Source of the DNA: a virus
Length of the DNA stretch: 64,000 bases
Virus record (IMG/VR): IMGVR_UViG_3300027608_000014
Span: 32,001-96,000 of that record
Reading direction: 5' to 3' (one strand)
The number at the start of each line of letters is the position of its first letter. Positions within the stretch are counted from its first letter, which is position 1. Position numbers and translations under genes: made by a program. The notes beneath the pieces are model-generated. The model searched no databases. It was not told the DNA's origin and saw nothing but the letters and a program-made list of their open reading frames with translations. Shown here piece by piece: positions 39,219-47,863 of the stretch.

Positions 39219-39400
39219 GAATTTTTAATTTTGTCTTGGGAGGAACAATGCGCCATCACGTTGAAAGCGCTTATTAAGCCCGGTGAAAGCCCGACCAGAT
39301 CTTCCGTTCCTCTCTTCCTCTTGCAGGAGCTATACTGACTATGGCTGGCAAATAACTAACCAACAACCTGGCGCCTCAGCAGACTCTGGGGCAAATTTTT

Positions 39401-39478
39401 CACGTAACAGCTCAACCTGGTAGAGCACCTGTATGCAGAACAGGACGTTGCTGGTTCAAATCCAGTCCTACGTGACCA
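39401..39478 (+). tRNA. Atypical tRNA with GCA anticodon (Cys-like)
   Basis: D arm GCTC/GAGC, anticodon arm CCTGT-ATGCAGA-ACAGG, T arm and encoded CCA. Non-canonical: C8, A32, A73 discriminator, A7-C mismatch, extra base between T and acceptor stems. Confidence 0.65.
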
Positions 39479-39534
39479 CTTTCAGTAAACCAGCAAAACC
39501 AACAAAAAAAAACAAAAACTAAAACAACAAAACA

Positions 39535-40056
39535 ATGACAACTACTGAGACCAATAAATACATCCGCCTGCTCCGGCGCCTGAAAACGCTGAACCATAGC
39601 TGGATCGAGGCGGCTGAGATACTGAAGAAAATTCGGGACGAGAGGCTGTACTTGGGAGAATACAGCTCCTTCAATCAGTTCTGCGCCTGCGAGCTGGGGA
39701 GAACCGACCTGAACATCCGCTATAAGATAAGGGCTGGGGAGATTGCTAAGGCAATCCACAGTGAGTTTGGTATCGCAATCTGTAACGACCATGCAGCTGC
39801 GTTAATTCCGCTAAGATCGGAGGAGCGTATCGCTGCCTTCAAGGAAGCGATGGCCTCGTCTGGGACAGGGATGCCGACGAAACAACAAATAAAAGAGGTA
39901 GTACAGCGAAGGGATGGCTCACCCCTGTTCTTGACTATCCATGCGTTGGTAAGAAAAGTGAAATGTCCAAAGGGGGTGTTTCTATCCCCAAAACGGTCCA
40001 AGCAGTTTGAGGAGGACCTGTTGTGGTTCATCCAGCAGTGGCTGGCAAATAACTAA
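39535..40056 (+). CDS. Putative DNA-binding protein
   Basis: L..IRDERLY..Y.SF..FC..ELG helical motif common in phage DNA-binding proteins. Confidence 0.55.
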   Translation: MTTTETNKYIRLLRRLKTLNHSWIEAAEILKKIRDERLYLGEYSSFNQFCACELGRTDLNIRYKIRAGEIAKAIHSEFGIAICNDHAAALIPLRSEERIAAFKEAMASSGTGMPTKQQIKEVVQRRDGSPLFLTIHALVRKVKCPKGVFLSPKRSKQFEEDLLWFIQQWLANN

Positions 40057-40117
40057 CCAACAAACCGGCACGTCAGCGGGCGTTGACCTTCGGGCGACTC
40101 TGGGGTACACTTTAATT

Positions 40118-40536
40118 GGGCCATAAAGGATTCGACTAATAGGTCAGATCTACAGCCACATGCAGAGGGACGACTTAGTTACCTCTTTAAACTCCTGAGA
40201 CAAAACTCAAACGCTAACGCGAATGACTCCGGCAACGGAAATGTGATCCAGGGCTACTTCGGTAGCTCTTCGGTCCGCACTCCGATGCTCGCTGCGGCCT
40301 AGTCCGCATCCGTCCTCTCTTCGACACCTGCTAAGGGAGAAGGACGACACCAGCAGGACGATGGTGGTGGATCCACTTTGGTACTGATCATACAGCAATG
40401 CTGCAGATCTGCGACTCGACCCACCTGGCAGCACATTTCCAGGGGACCTGTTAAGAGCGAATAATGAGATAAGCATGTAAACGCGGTAGAGTAAGACAGA
40501 TTAGGACCGGGCTCTCAGATGCCCGATGGTCCACCA
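40118..40536 (+). ncRNA. ssrA: tmRNA
   Basis: GGGCCAT/ATGGTCC acceptor with G3-U70, GGATTCGAC 5' motif and ACCA end. Tag ORF 40213-40302 reads ANANDSGNGNVIQGYFGSSSVRTPMLAAA. Confidence 0.9.
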
Positions 40537-40807
40537 TTTATACACTTGTCCGGTTAAAGTCCGGGCTACTCCGCCGCCCGCAAGGGCGACGGACACTTTC
40601 GCCTACTGGCATTCGTGTAAAACAGTAGGTTGCAACACAAGGCGACAGAAAAACTGATGTTTACATCAGCGGAAGCACAAGAAGAAATGAGACAATAGAT
40701 ACTCACTCCTGAAAGTGGCAAAGCTACGCTCTCGAGCCCTTTGCTAGCTCACGAGTTAAGATCGACCCGTGAGAGGTCCCTTAACTCATCTGACCACCTG
40801 TGTGGCT

Positions 40808-40848
40808 GTGCCATTACCCCCTAGCTAAGGGTGATGGCACTTTCTTTT
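40808..40848 (+). terminator. Intrinsic terminator ending the RNA cluster
   Basis: GTGCCATTACCC/GGGTGATGGCAC then TTTCTTTT. Confidence 0.8.
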
Positions 40849-40878
40849 AGTCAACCAACCAACAAAAAAAAATAACTA

Positions 40879-41124
40879 ATGTCAGCACTTTACTCGCAAG
40901 CACAGATTAAACTAACCGACGCTGAGATATTCGGGATCGTCATTGGTAAGCAGCGAAGGGAGATCGCTGCACTTGAGGCGCAGATAGACTCGCTCATCGC
41001 TCTCAGGAAGAGCGATCTTCTGGAGAAGAAGGAAATGGGTGAGAATATCGAACGACTGGAAGCGGAGATGATCAAGATCACCCATACCGCCCTCCCAAAC
41101 TTCAATACCGAGGAGCAGGGATAA
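40879..41124 (+). CDS. Small coiled-coil protein
   Basis: AC-rich leader; TAATG coupling to the next gene. Confidence 0.55.
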   Translation: MSALYSQAQIKLTDAEIFGIVIGKQRREIAALEAQIDSLIALRKSDLLEKKEMGENIERLEAEMIKITHTALPNFNTEEQG

Positions 41125-42071
41125 TGGGCGGAGGAGCATACAGTTCGGCCTCAAGAGGCGCAACCTATACCACCGCGAAAGCTACGGGCGCTTCGGTGTT
41201 CCGTCACATGGCGGATCTCAAGCAAGCAGGTAAGGCCCTTGTGGTTCACCCTCTGCTTGATCCCAGGCGTACCAACGAGGCGGGACGAGTTGTCCGCGAA
41301 AGCCGAGATAGTGACGAGCACCCCAACTCGTTACCAATCGCCATTATGCTCGACGTTACCGGCAGCATGTCGGATACGCTGAGAGTCTTCATTGACAAGC
41401 TACCCATCCTCATGAATCTTCTTGTTGATAAAATAGATATTGCCGATCCACACATCCTTTTTGGGTTTATTGGCGATGCCTACAGTGACAGAGTTCCACT
41501 TCAGGTGGGTAACTTTGAATCTGACAATCAGAAGATCGACGAGTGCTTCACGGCAGCAGTTCCTGAGGGCGGCGGGGGAGGACAGAACACTGAGTCTTAC
41601 GAGCTTGGTGCGTACTTCCTGGCGCGACACACCGAGCTGGACTCTCTTGATAAGCGGGGTAAGAAGGGGTACGTCTTCTTCACCGGAGACGAACTCCCCA
41701 AACAGTACGTGTCTCGAGGTCAGGTCAATTACCTGATTGGAGATACCCTGTTGGCGGATATTCCTATGGAGGACATCTTTGCCGAACTCAAAGAGAAGTT
41801 CAACGTGTTCTGGATATTTCCAGGACAAACGTCGAACTACTATGACGCCTCAATTAATAAGCGACTCAAAAGGCTGTTCGGAAAGGGCCTGATCAAGCTA
41901 CCCAATCCAAACGACATATGCGAAATGGTCGCAATGACCATCGCAGTCTGCGAGGGCGCCACTACGGAAGAGGCCAGAGCGGCATACCTCTCCTTTGGAG
42001 CTGATGCCAAAGGCGTAGCGGCGGCTGAGACAGCCCTAGCCCAAGTGATTAGGGAGCGAAGCTTCGCTTAG
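41124..42071 (+). CDS. Stand-alone VWA-domain protein
   Basis: MIDAS motif LDVTGSM, IGD...D..PLQ, GGGG...ESY, F.GDE. Confidence 0.8.
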   Translation: MGGGAYSSASRGATYTTAKATGASVFRHMADLKQAGKALVVHPLLDPRRTNEAGRVVRESRDSDEHPNSLPIAIMLDVTGSMSDTLRVFIDKLPILMNLLVDKIDIADPHILFGFIGDAYSDRVPLQVGNFESDNQKIDECFTAAVPEGGGGGQNTESYELGAYFLARHTELDSLDKRGKKGYVFFTGDELPKQYVSRGQVNYLIGDTLLADIPMEDIFAELKEKFNVFWIFPGQTSNYYDASINKRLKRLFGKGLIKLPNPNDICEMVAMTIAVCEGATTEEARAAYLSFGADAKGVAAAETALAQVIRERSFA

Positions 42072-42115
42072 CAATCTGGACTCCCTCCTTAGACAGGGGG
42101 GGGTCCAGATACTTT

Positions 42116-42310
42116 ATGAACAAAACACTATCACTTCTACTGCTTCTCTCACTAACGTCCTGTAGCAAGATCGCTGCAGCACAGCCCACTTTTGCAGTGG
42201 TGATTGCTCAGGGCATTACGCTCTGTGTAATATTATTACTGTCACGTCCTAAAAAAAAAAAAGAATCGAATTGTCACATCAAGCAGCCCAACAACCAATA
42301 CTTACAATGA
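42116..42310 (+). CDS. Small putative lipoprotein/membrane protein
   Basis: MNKTLSLLLLLSLTS-C lipobox-like leader plus a second hydrophobic segment. Confidence 0.45.
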   Translation: MNKTLSLLLLLSLTSCSKIAAAQPTFAVVIAQGITLCVILLLSRPKKKKESNCHIKQPNNQYLQ

Positions 42311-42558
42311 AATATACTTTAATTCACAACGGACAGCGCTACCTGATCCTAATGCAAGATGTCTACGGCATCAAAGGTCTATACAGGAGCAGAAGCTTTA
42401 TTGCGGAGATCCTGTCCAGGTTTACGCCATTCTATCAGCTGAATCCTGTCTGGGGAACCAGGTACAGGTGGCTCGCCCAACATCGGCTGGAGTTCCTGCG
42501 TAACAGTAACAGAGAGAACTCGATCTGGGATCGCACCGCTCGAAAGGAGAGAGCTTGA
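42307..42558 (+). CDS. Hypothetical protein
   Basis: Likely ATG at 42307 overlapping the upstream stop (ATGA). Confidence 0.45.
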   Translation: MKYTLIHNGQRYLILMQDVYGIKGLYRSRSFIAEILSRFTPFYQLNPVWGTRYRWLAQHRLEFLRNSNRENSIWDRTARKERA

Positions 42559-42773
42559 CCACCTTGGATGTGGTTACGGCACTGAAGAGGGGAAAACCGG
42601 GAGGCCTCTCATCTGTGGCAGAACTGCGGTGGTGCAAGCCACTAGTGTTCGCAAAGATCGATCCCGAAATCCAGATCGTAGCAAACCGGTACATCAAGAA
42701 TCGCACCAGTGATGGCGCAGGATGGTCCGTCCTAAAGAACTGGCTCTATAAAAACCCACCAGAGGTAACATGA
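42555..42773 (+). CDS. Hypothetical protein
   Basis: TTGA overlap with AGGAG upstream. Confidence 0.45.
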   Translation: MTTLDVVTALKRGKPGGLSSVAELRWCKPLVFAKIDPEIQIVANRYIKNRTSDGAGWSVLKNWLYKNPPEVT

Positions 42774-42852
42774 AAACACATGTCACAAGCAGACAATTGA
42801 GTGTGTCTGCTCCACACTTGCATCGCTCAACATATAGCAGGCCGTAGGGCCT

Positions 42853-42957
42853 GCTCCCTCGCCAACTATCCCATGGATGGTTGTGCTCGTTAGTTCAAAG
42901 AGATTTATTTTCTACGAATTAGCAGCACAACCATACATGGGTAGTTGGCGAAGGAGC
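42853..42957 (+). other. Long imperfect hairpin C upstream of nrdJ
   Basis: GCTCC.TCGCCAACTATCCCATG.ATGGTTGTGCT...AGCACAACCAT.CATGGGTAGTTGGCGA.GGAGC. Confidence 0.8.
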
Positions 42958-43059
42958 GCTGGGTTTAGTAGATACAAGTTCTTTTTCTTTAGCTATTAGA
43001 ATTTTCTAACCAATCCAGCTCGACTGGACAAGAGTTTCGGTGGAGACTATCCGCCCATT

Positions 43060-46000
43060 ATGTTCAAATCAAAAACCAAATCTAGCAAGCCCAAGGGACT
43101 AACCTTTACCAGAGAGTTTTCTTCATCACAAGTGTCTCCATATGAAGAACTTGAGTGGGAACGGCGCACCGCCGAGATCACCGATGACTCTGGCAAAACA
43201 ATTTTTAAACAGGAGAATGTCGAGGTTCCAAAGTCGTGGAGTGCACTGGCCACAAAGATTGCAGTCTCGAAGTATTTCTACGGCGACATCTCGAAGGGAA
43301 CTGACCCGAAAAAAGGTGGCCGTGAGAATTCAGTCAAACAGATGATTGGTCGAGTCACTGAGACCATGGCAGAGTGGGGCCGAAAAGACGAATACTTCGA
43401 CAGTGCCGAAAGCGCAGCAGCTTTCGAGGACGACCTCACCTGGCTGTGCCTTAATCAGTATGGCGCATTCAACTCTCCGGTGTGGTTCAACGTAGGTCTG
43501 TTTCAGAATTACGGGGTCAATGGGGGACAAGAAGGCAACTGGGTGTACAATCATAAGACCAAGGAGGCTGAGATCTGGAAGAACCAGTATGAGTATCCAC
43601 AAGGTAGCGCTTGCTTCATTCTTTCTGTTGACGATACCATGGAATCAATCATGGATCTTGCTAGAGCAGAAGCTATGCTCTTCAAATACGGCAGTGGAGC
43701 TGGCACTGATCTATCCACACTCCGCTCGACTCGCGAGAGGCTCAGTGGTGGTGGTAAGCCTTCAGGCCCGATGAGCTTCCTAAAGATCTACGATCAAGTT
43801 GCTGGGACGGTCAAGAGCGGTGGAAAGACTCGTAGGGCCGCAAAGATGAACACGCTCAAGGACTGGCACCCTGACATTGAGGAGTTCATCGAGGCCAAAT
43901 CTAAGGAAGAGAAAAAAGCCTGGGCCCTTATTGAGCAAGGTTACGATCCATCGTTCAACGGTGAGGCCTATGGGTCGGTGATGTACCAGAATGAAAATCT
44001 ATCTGTAAGAGTTAGTGATCGATTCATCGAAGACGCCCTTTGCGGTCGTCCGTGGCAAACACACAACGTGAAAGACGGAAAGGTCTGTGAGACCAAAGAT
44101 GCAAAAACTTTGCTTCGTAAGATCGCTGAGGGAACACATCTCTGTGGCGATCCTGGAATGCAGTTCGACAACACGATCCACAAGTGGCACACCTGCAAGG
44201 GCACAGATCGGCAGCACTCCACAAATCCGTGCTCCGAATATCTCTTCCTGAATAACACAGCGTGTAACCTCGCCTCCCTTAATCTGCTCAAGTTCAAGAA
44301 GTCAGATGGCTCTTTTGATGCGCTTTTGTTCCAAAAGGCCTGCCGAATCTTCATCACCGCCCAGGAAATTCTGGTCGATCGAGCTTCATATCCTACGAAG
44401 GCAATCGCAGAGAACTCTCACATCTTTAGGACTCTAGGTCTTGGCTTTGCCAACTTGGGTGCCCTGATTATGAGCTATGGATACGGCTATGATAGCGATG
44501 AAGGTCGCAATCTTGCTGGATTGATTACCTCTCTGATGACGGGAACCGCTTACGAACAGTCAGCGCTGATTGCCTGGGCAAAGAGTCCGTTTGATGGCTA
44601 TAATGATGCTAGATGCTCTGGTGTCCCAGTGCCGCTTAAGCCCAGCAATCGTGCATCTATGCTGGAGGTTATTGATCTGCACCGCACTCATGCCCATCAA
44701 CTGTCTGAGTCCGTTAAGTCAATCGGCAGCCTTTCAGAGCTAGCTGTTGCGTCTACTAGCGCTTGGAAGTCAGCCTACGTCCATGGAGCGTCATTTGGTT
44801 ACCGCAACGCCCAGGTCACCGTCCTTGCGCCCACCGGCACGATCGGCTTCCTCATGGATTGCGATACCACCGGTATTGAGCCCGACATCGCGCTGGTGAA
44901 GTACAAGTTGCTGGCTGGCGGCGGTATGCTGAAGATCGTCAATCAGACGATCGGATCGGCGCTGAATACACTGGGTTACGACGACGAGCAGATCGCTCGG
45001 ATCATTGCCCACATCGAGAGATACGATACGATCGAGAACGTGCAGGGCGAAACTCCGTTGGGACTCGGCACCGGTGCGCATTATAGTGTTAATCCCTCGG
45101 ATCGCTCCAAGTCGACCTTCCATTCCGGTCTCAATCCTGAGCACCTGCCAGTGTTCGACTGCGCTTTCAAGGCGGCCAGCGGCACCAGAAGTCTGCACTA
45201 CATGGGGCATCTTAAGATGATGGCTGCCTGTCAGCCCTTCCTGAGTGGTGCCATCTCGAAGACGGTCAATCTTCCGGAGGCTGCTACTGTAGAAGATATT
45301 ATTAACACCTACGTTGAGGGCTGGAAGTTAGGACTCAAAGCGATTGCCATCTATCGAGACGGCAGTAAGCGATCAGCTCCTCTGAGTACAAAGAGCTCGA
45401 AGACAGCAGGGGTCGTAGAAGTTATGACTGACACCATCGACTTATCCGAGATTGAGGATATGAGATCATACATCGCCAGTCTTGAATTGGCTCATGGAGC
45501 CCCAGTCAAAAAGAGACTCCCTGATACTCGATCAGCGATCAACCACAAGTTCGAGGTCGGTGGACATAAGGGTTACATTAGCGTCGGTCTCTTCGAGAGC
45601 GGCAAGCCTGGTGAAATCTTTATTTCTATGGCCAAAGAAGGATCAACCATCGGTGGACTCATGGATACTGTTGCCACGCTGACCAGCATCTCGCTGCAGT
45701 ATGGTGTGCCGCTGGAGTCTCTGGTCAGCATGTTTGCGTATCAGCGATTCGAGCCGTCAGGCTTCACCAGGAATCCTGATGTCCGCAATGCAACTTCGAT
45801 CATCGACTACGTCTTCCGCTGGCTCGGGTGCCTCTTTATTCCAGGATACAAGCAGTCTCCAGAAACTGATACTCCTGCCCTAAAGAACGAGCTCCCGCAA
45901 TTAGTGGAGTTGCTGGCTCCCCTACCGGCAGCTGAAGTAAGTCCTGTAAGACGATCTATTTACCTATCTGACCCTTGCAACAAATGCGGATCGTCAAAGG

Positions 46001-46062
46001 TGGTAAGAAGTGGTGTCTGCGGAGTGTGCACCGAATGCGGAGAATCAGCTGGATGTAGCTAA
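43060..46062 (+). CDS. nrdJ: Class II (adenosylcobalamin-dependent) ribonucleotide reductase
   Basis: AFNSPVWFN, SACFI, KSGGKTRRAAKM, NPCSE...ACNLASLN, APTGT, SGAISKTVN, YRDGSK, and a C-terminal TSCPD/Zn-ribbon domain. Confidence 0.95.
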   Translation: MFKSKTKSSKPKGLTFTREFSSSQVSPYEELEWERRTAEITDDSGKTIFKQENVEVPKSWSALATKIAVSKYFYGDISKGTDPKKGGRENSVKQMIGRVTETMAEWGRKDEYFDSAESAAAFEDDLTWLCLNQYGAFNSPVWFNVGLFQNYGVNGGQEGNWVYNHKTKEAEIWKNQYEYPQGSACFILSVDDTMESIMDLARAEAMLFKYGSGAGTDLSTLRSTRERLSGGGKPSGPMSFLKIYDQVAGTVKSGGKTRRAAKMNTLKDWHPDIEEFIEAKSKEEKKAWALIEQGYDPSFNGEAYGSVMYQNENLSVRVSDRFIEDALCGRPWQTHNVKDGKVCETKDAKTLLRKIAEGTHLCGDPGMQFDNTIHKWHTCKGTDRQHSTNPCSEYLFLNNTACNLASLNLLKFKKSDGSFDALLFQKACRIFITAQEILVDRASYPTKAIAENSHIFRTLGLGFANLGALIMSYGYGYDSDEGRNLAGLITSLMTGTAYEQSALIAWAKSPFDGYNDARCSGVPVPLKPSNRASMLEVIDLHRTHAHQLSESVKSIGSLSELAVASTSAWKSAYVHGASFGYRNAQVTVLAPTGTIGFLMDCDTTGIEPDIALVKYKLLAGGGMLKIVNQTIGSALNTLGYDDEQIARIIAHIERYDTIENVQGETPLGLGTGAHYSVNPSDRSKSTFHSGLNPEHLPVFDCAFKAASGTRSLHYMGHLKMMAACQPFLSGAISKTVNLPEAATVEDIINTYVEGWKLGLKAIAIYRDGSKRSAPLSTKSSKTAGVVEVMTDTIDLSEIEDMRSYIASLELAHGAPVKKRLPDTRSAINHKFEVGGHKGYISVGLFESGKPGEIFISMAKEGSTIGGLMDTVATLTSISLQYGVPLESLVSMFAYQRFEPSGFTRNPDVRNATSIIDYVFRWLGCLFIPGYKQSPETDTPALKNELPQLVELLAPLPAAEVSPVRRSIYLSDPCNKCGSSKVVRSGVCGVCTECGESAGCS

Positions 46063-46065
46063 TAA

Positions 46066-46563
46066 ATGCAAACATTCCTGCCCTACGAGTGCTTTGCCAG
46101 ATCCGCATCTGTTCTGGACGCGTCTCGACTCCACAATCAAATCAACGAGGCGCTGGTCGTCCTGGCCACCGCCCTTCGTTTACGTAGAATAAGTGACCTT
46201 GAATATGAACCTGTAGGTCCGAATGAAAAGCTTGGCTGGCAAAGCCACCCTGCTGTTAAGATGTGGCACGGAGCTGGAAACTGTCTTGGTTTCTATACCC
46301 TGTGTATGATGAGGGAGCTGCGTGCCAGAAATCATCCAGAGCAGCGGGTAAGAGAGGCCGATCCCGTTCGTTGGTGTCGCCTGATGGAACTTTGGAGCGA
46401 CCGAAGCGAAGAAGGCATCCGAACTCCAACATGGCTAGGAAACGCCGACTTCCACAGGAGCCATCAGAGCAATCTGATTCGCAAGTACCCGGAACACTAT
46501 ACACAGTTCTTTCCAGACGTCCCTGACAGCCTTCCTTACATTTGGCTGCCGGGATTCCACTAA
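46066..46563 (+). CDS. Pyrimidine dimer DNA glycosylase-related (MSMEG_6728-like) protein
   Basis: MQTFLPY..F..SA.VLD..RL..Q..E, GW..HPAVKMW.G, P.WLG...FH.SHQSNL.RK.P..Y...F....LPY.W. Confidence 0.85.
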   Translation: MQTFLPYECFARSASVLDASRLHNQINEALVVLATALRLRRISDLEYEPVGPNEKLGWQSHPAVKMWHGAGNCLGFYTLCMMRELRARNHPEQRVREADPVRWCRLMELWSDRSEEGIRTPTWLGNADFHRSHQSNLIRKYPEHYTQFFPDVPDSLPYIWLPGFH

Positions 46564-47426
46564 CTCGTTCCTTGCTCCTAGCTCGTGGCTACTGCTGCGA
46601 GCTAGGTTGCCGGAACTGTCCGTACAAAGAAATGAATCAGCCTGATCGGCCAATTATAGACATTGATGATCTGGATCTGATTTCAGATCCTATCGACCAT
46701 GAAGATATAACTAAAGTTTATCTTCCAAATGGACACTTAATCATTGGTTACCTGACCGCTGATACCGATGCTTGTGACCCTCTTGAGGATTGTGACGGCA
46801 TGGGCATGATTACCCATGACGTCAGACCCTACCTAAGACAATACCCCAATGGAGATGCAATTCTCTATCCTTATCATGAAGAGGCCAGAAAGAAACTTGA
46901 GTTTCAAGTCAGGTCCAGAGAACTAATCTGCACTCAAGAAGATATCGATTGCAGGATAACACTCTTGGGCGATGAGTCGGTAAGACTGATAAACGAGATT
47001 AGCTTGGAGATACGGGACAAGTTCGTAGACGACAGTCTCATGATACTACTTAGCAGTAATTACATAGGTCAATATAGAGTGGAAAGTGATAAGTCAAAAG
47101 TTACTGGAATTTTTTTACCAGACACAGAACTGATTCATCATCTAAATTCATTTCCCAAAGACCAACAAAAAACTGAGCTGCTGAGACACTGCCATACCTC
47201 ACTGGAGATGTACAATCTGTACAAAGATGGTGAGGTTTATGGGATGATCACCGAAGTGTTCGACAAGCATGGAAACTCAATCAACGACTCAGACGCCGTC
47301 TGGGGACTCCTCGGGCTTGACCACGCAAAAGAAGAACTAGCAGCATTCGTTGCTCAAAAAGAAACACTCCTCAGATCTGAATGGTCAAGGGGAGATCCAA
47401 ATCAACTACAACTAAACTTAGAATAA
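46542..47426 (+). CDS. Hypothetical protein with N-terminal DUF5522-like Cys motif
   Basis: LL.RGYCC..GCRNCPY at the N-terminus; alternative ATG at 46632. Confidence 0.55.
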   Translation: MAAGIPLTRSLLLARGYCCELGCRNCPYKEMNQPDRPIIDIDDLDLISDPIDHEDITKVYLPNGHLIIGYLTADTDACDPLEDCDGMGMITHDVRPYLRQYPNGDAILYPYHEEARKKLEFQVRSRELICTQEDIDCRITLLGDESVRLINEISLEIRDKFVDDSLMILLSSNYIGQYRVESDKSKVTGIFLPDTELIHHLNSFPKDQQKTELLRHCHTSLEMYNLYKDGEVYGMITEVFDKHGNSINDSDAVWGLLGLDHAKEELAAFVAQKETLLRSEWSRGDPNQLQLNLE

Positions 47427-47438
47427 ACTTAGAATAAA

Positions 47439-47771
47439 ATGAACAAAATAAAAATATTCGTTTCCATAGTGATATTTGCACTCGTAACTCTCGTCATTGC
47501 TCAGGAGCGTCGCCTTTACACGGCCTATCTAGCTAATACGACTAAGGCAATAGAAGCCGAGAGACAGCATTGGCATCAGATCCTAATCGATCAAGACTTT
47601 GCCCATTACGATGGTAAGACCGGCAAATGGCTCCTTTATACCAAAGAGGAGTTCTTGATGGATCATCAGATCGCCCTGGCATCAGTGTCTAGGAATGAGC
47701 TGTTTCCTCTGCCTGGACCAGAACAGCCAGTAATTGTTCCTGTGTCCCCAATCAAGTCCAAAAAGAAATGA
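47439..47771 (+). CDS. Hypothetical membrane-anchored protein
   Basis: N-terminal hydrophobic helix. Confidence 0.55.
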   Translation: MNKIKIFVSIVIFALVTLVIAQERRLYTAYLANTTKAIEAERQHWHQILIDQDFAHYDGKTGKWLLYTKEEFLMDHQIALASVSRNELFPLPGPEQPVIVPVSPIKSKKK

Positions 47772-47863
47772 GCATTTCAAGCCGGTCTTTGATCTGTCGT
47801 CGAGCCCTACATTAAAGAAAATGCCTACAGCACCTTCCTTGGCACAACCATTGGCTAACTAAT

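Noticed and set aside
41124-42071. VWA protein as a Ro60 homologue for the Y-like RNA
   Set aside because: Only 315 aa with the MIDAS near the N-terminus and no TROVE helical ring.
43060-46062. Intein or intron in nrdJ or the terminase
   Set aside because: Motif spacing and lengths are normal, with no intein termini or frame interruption.
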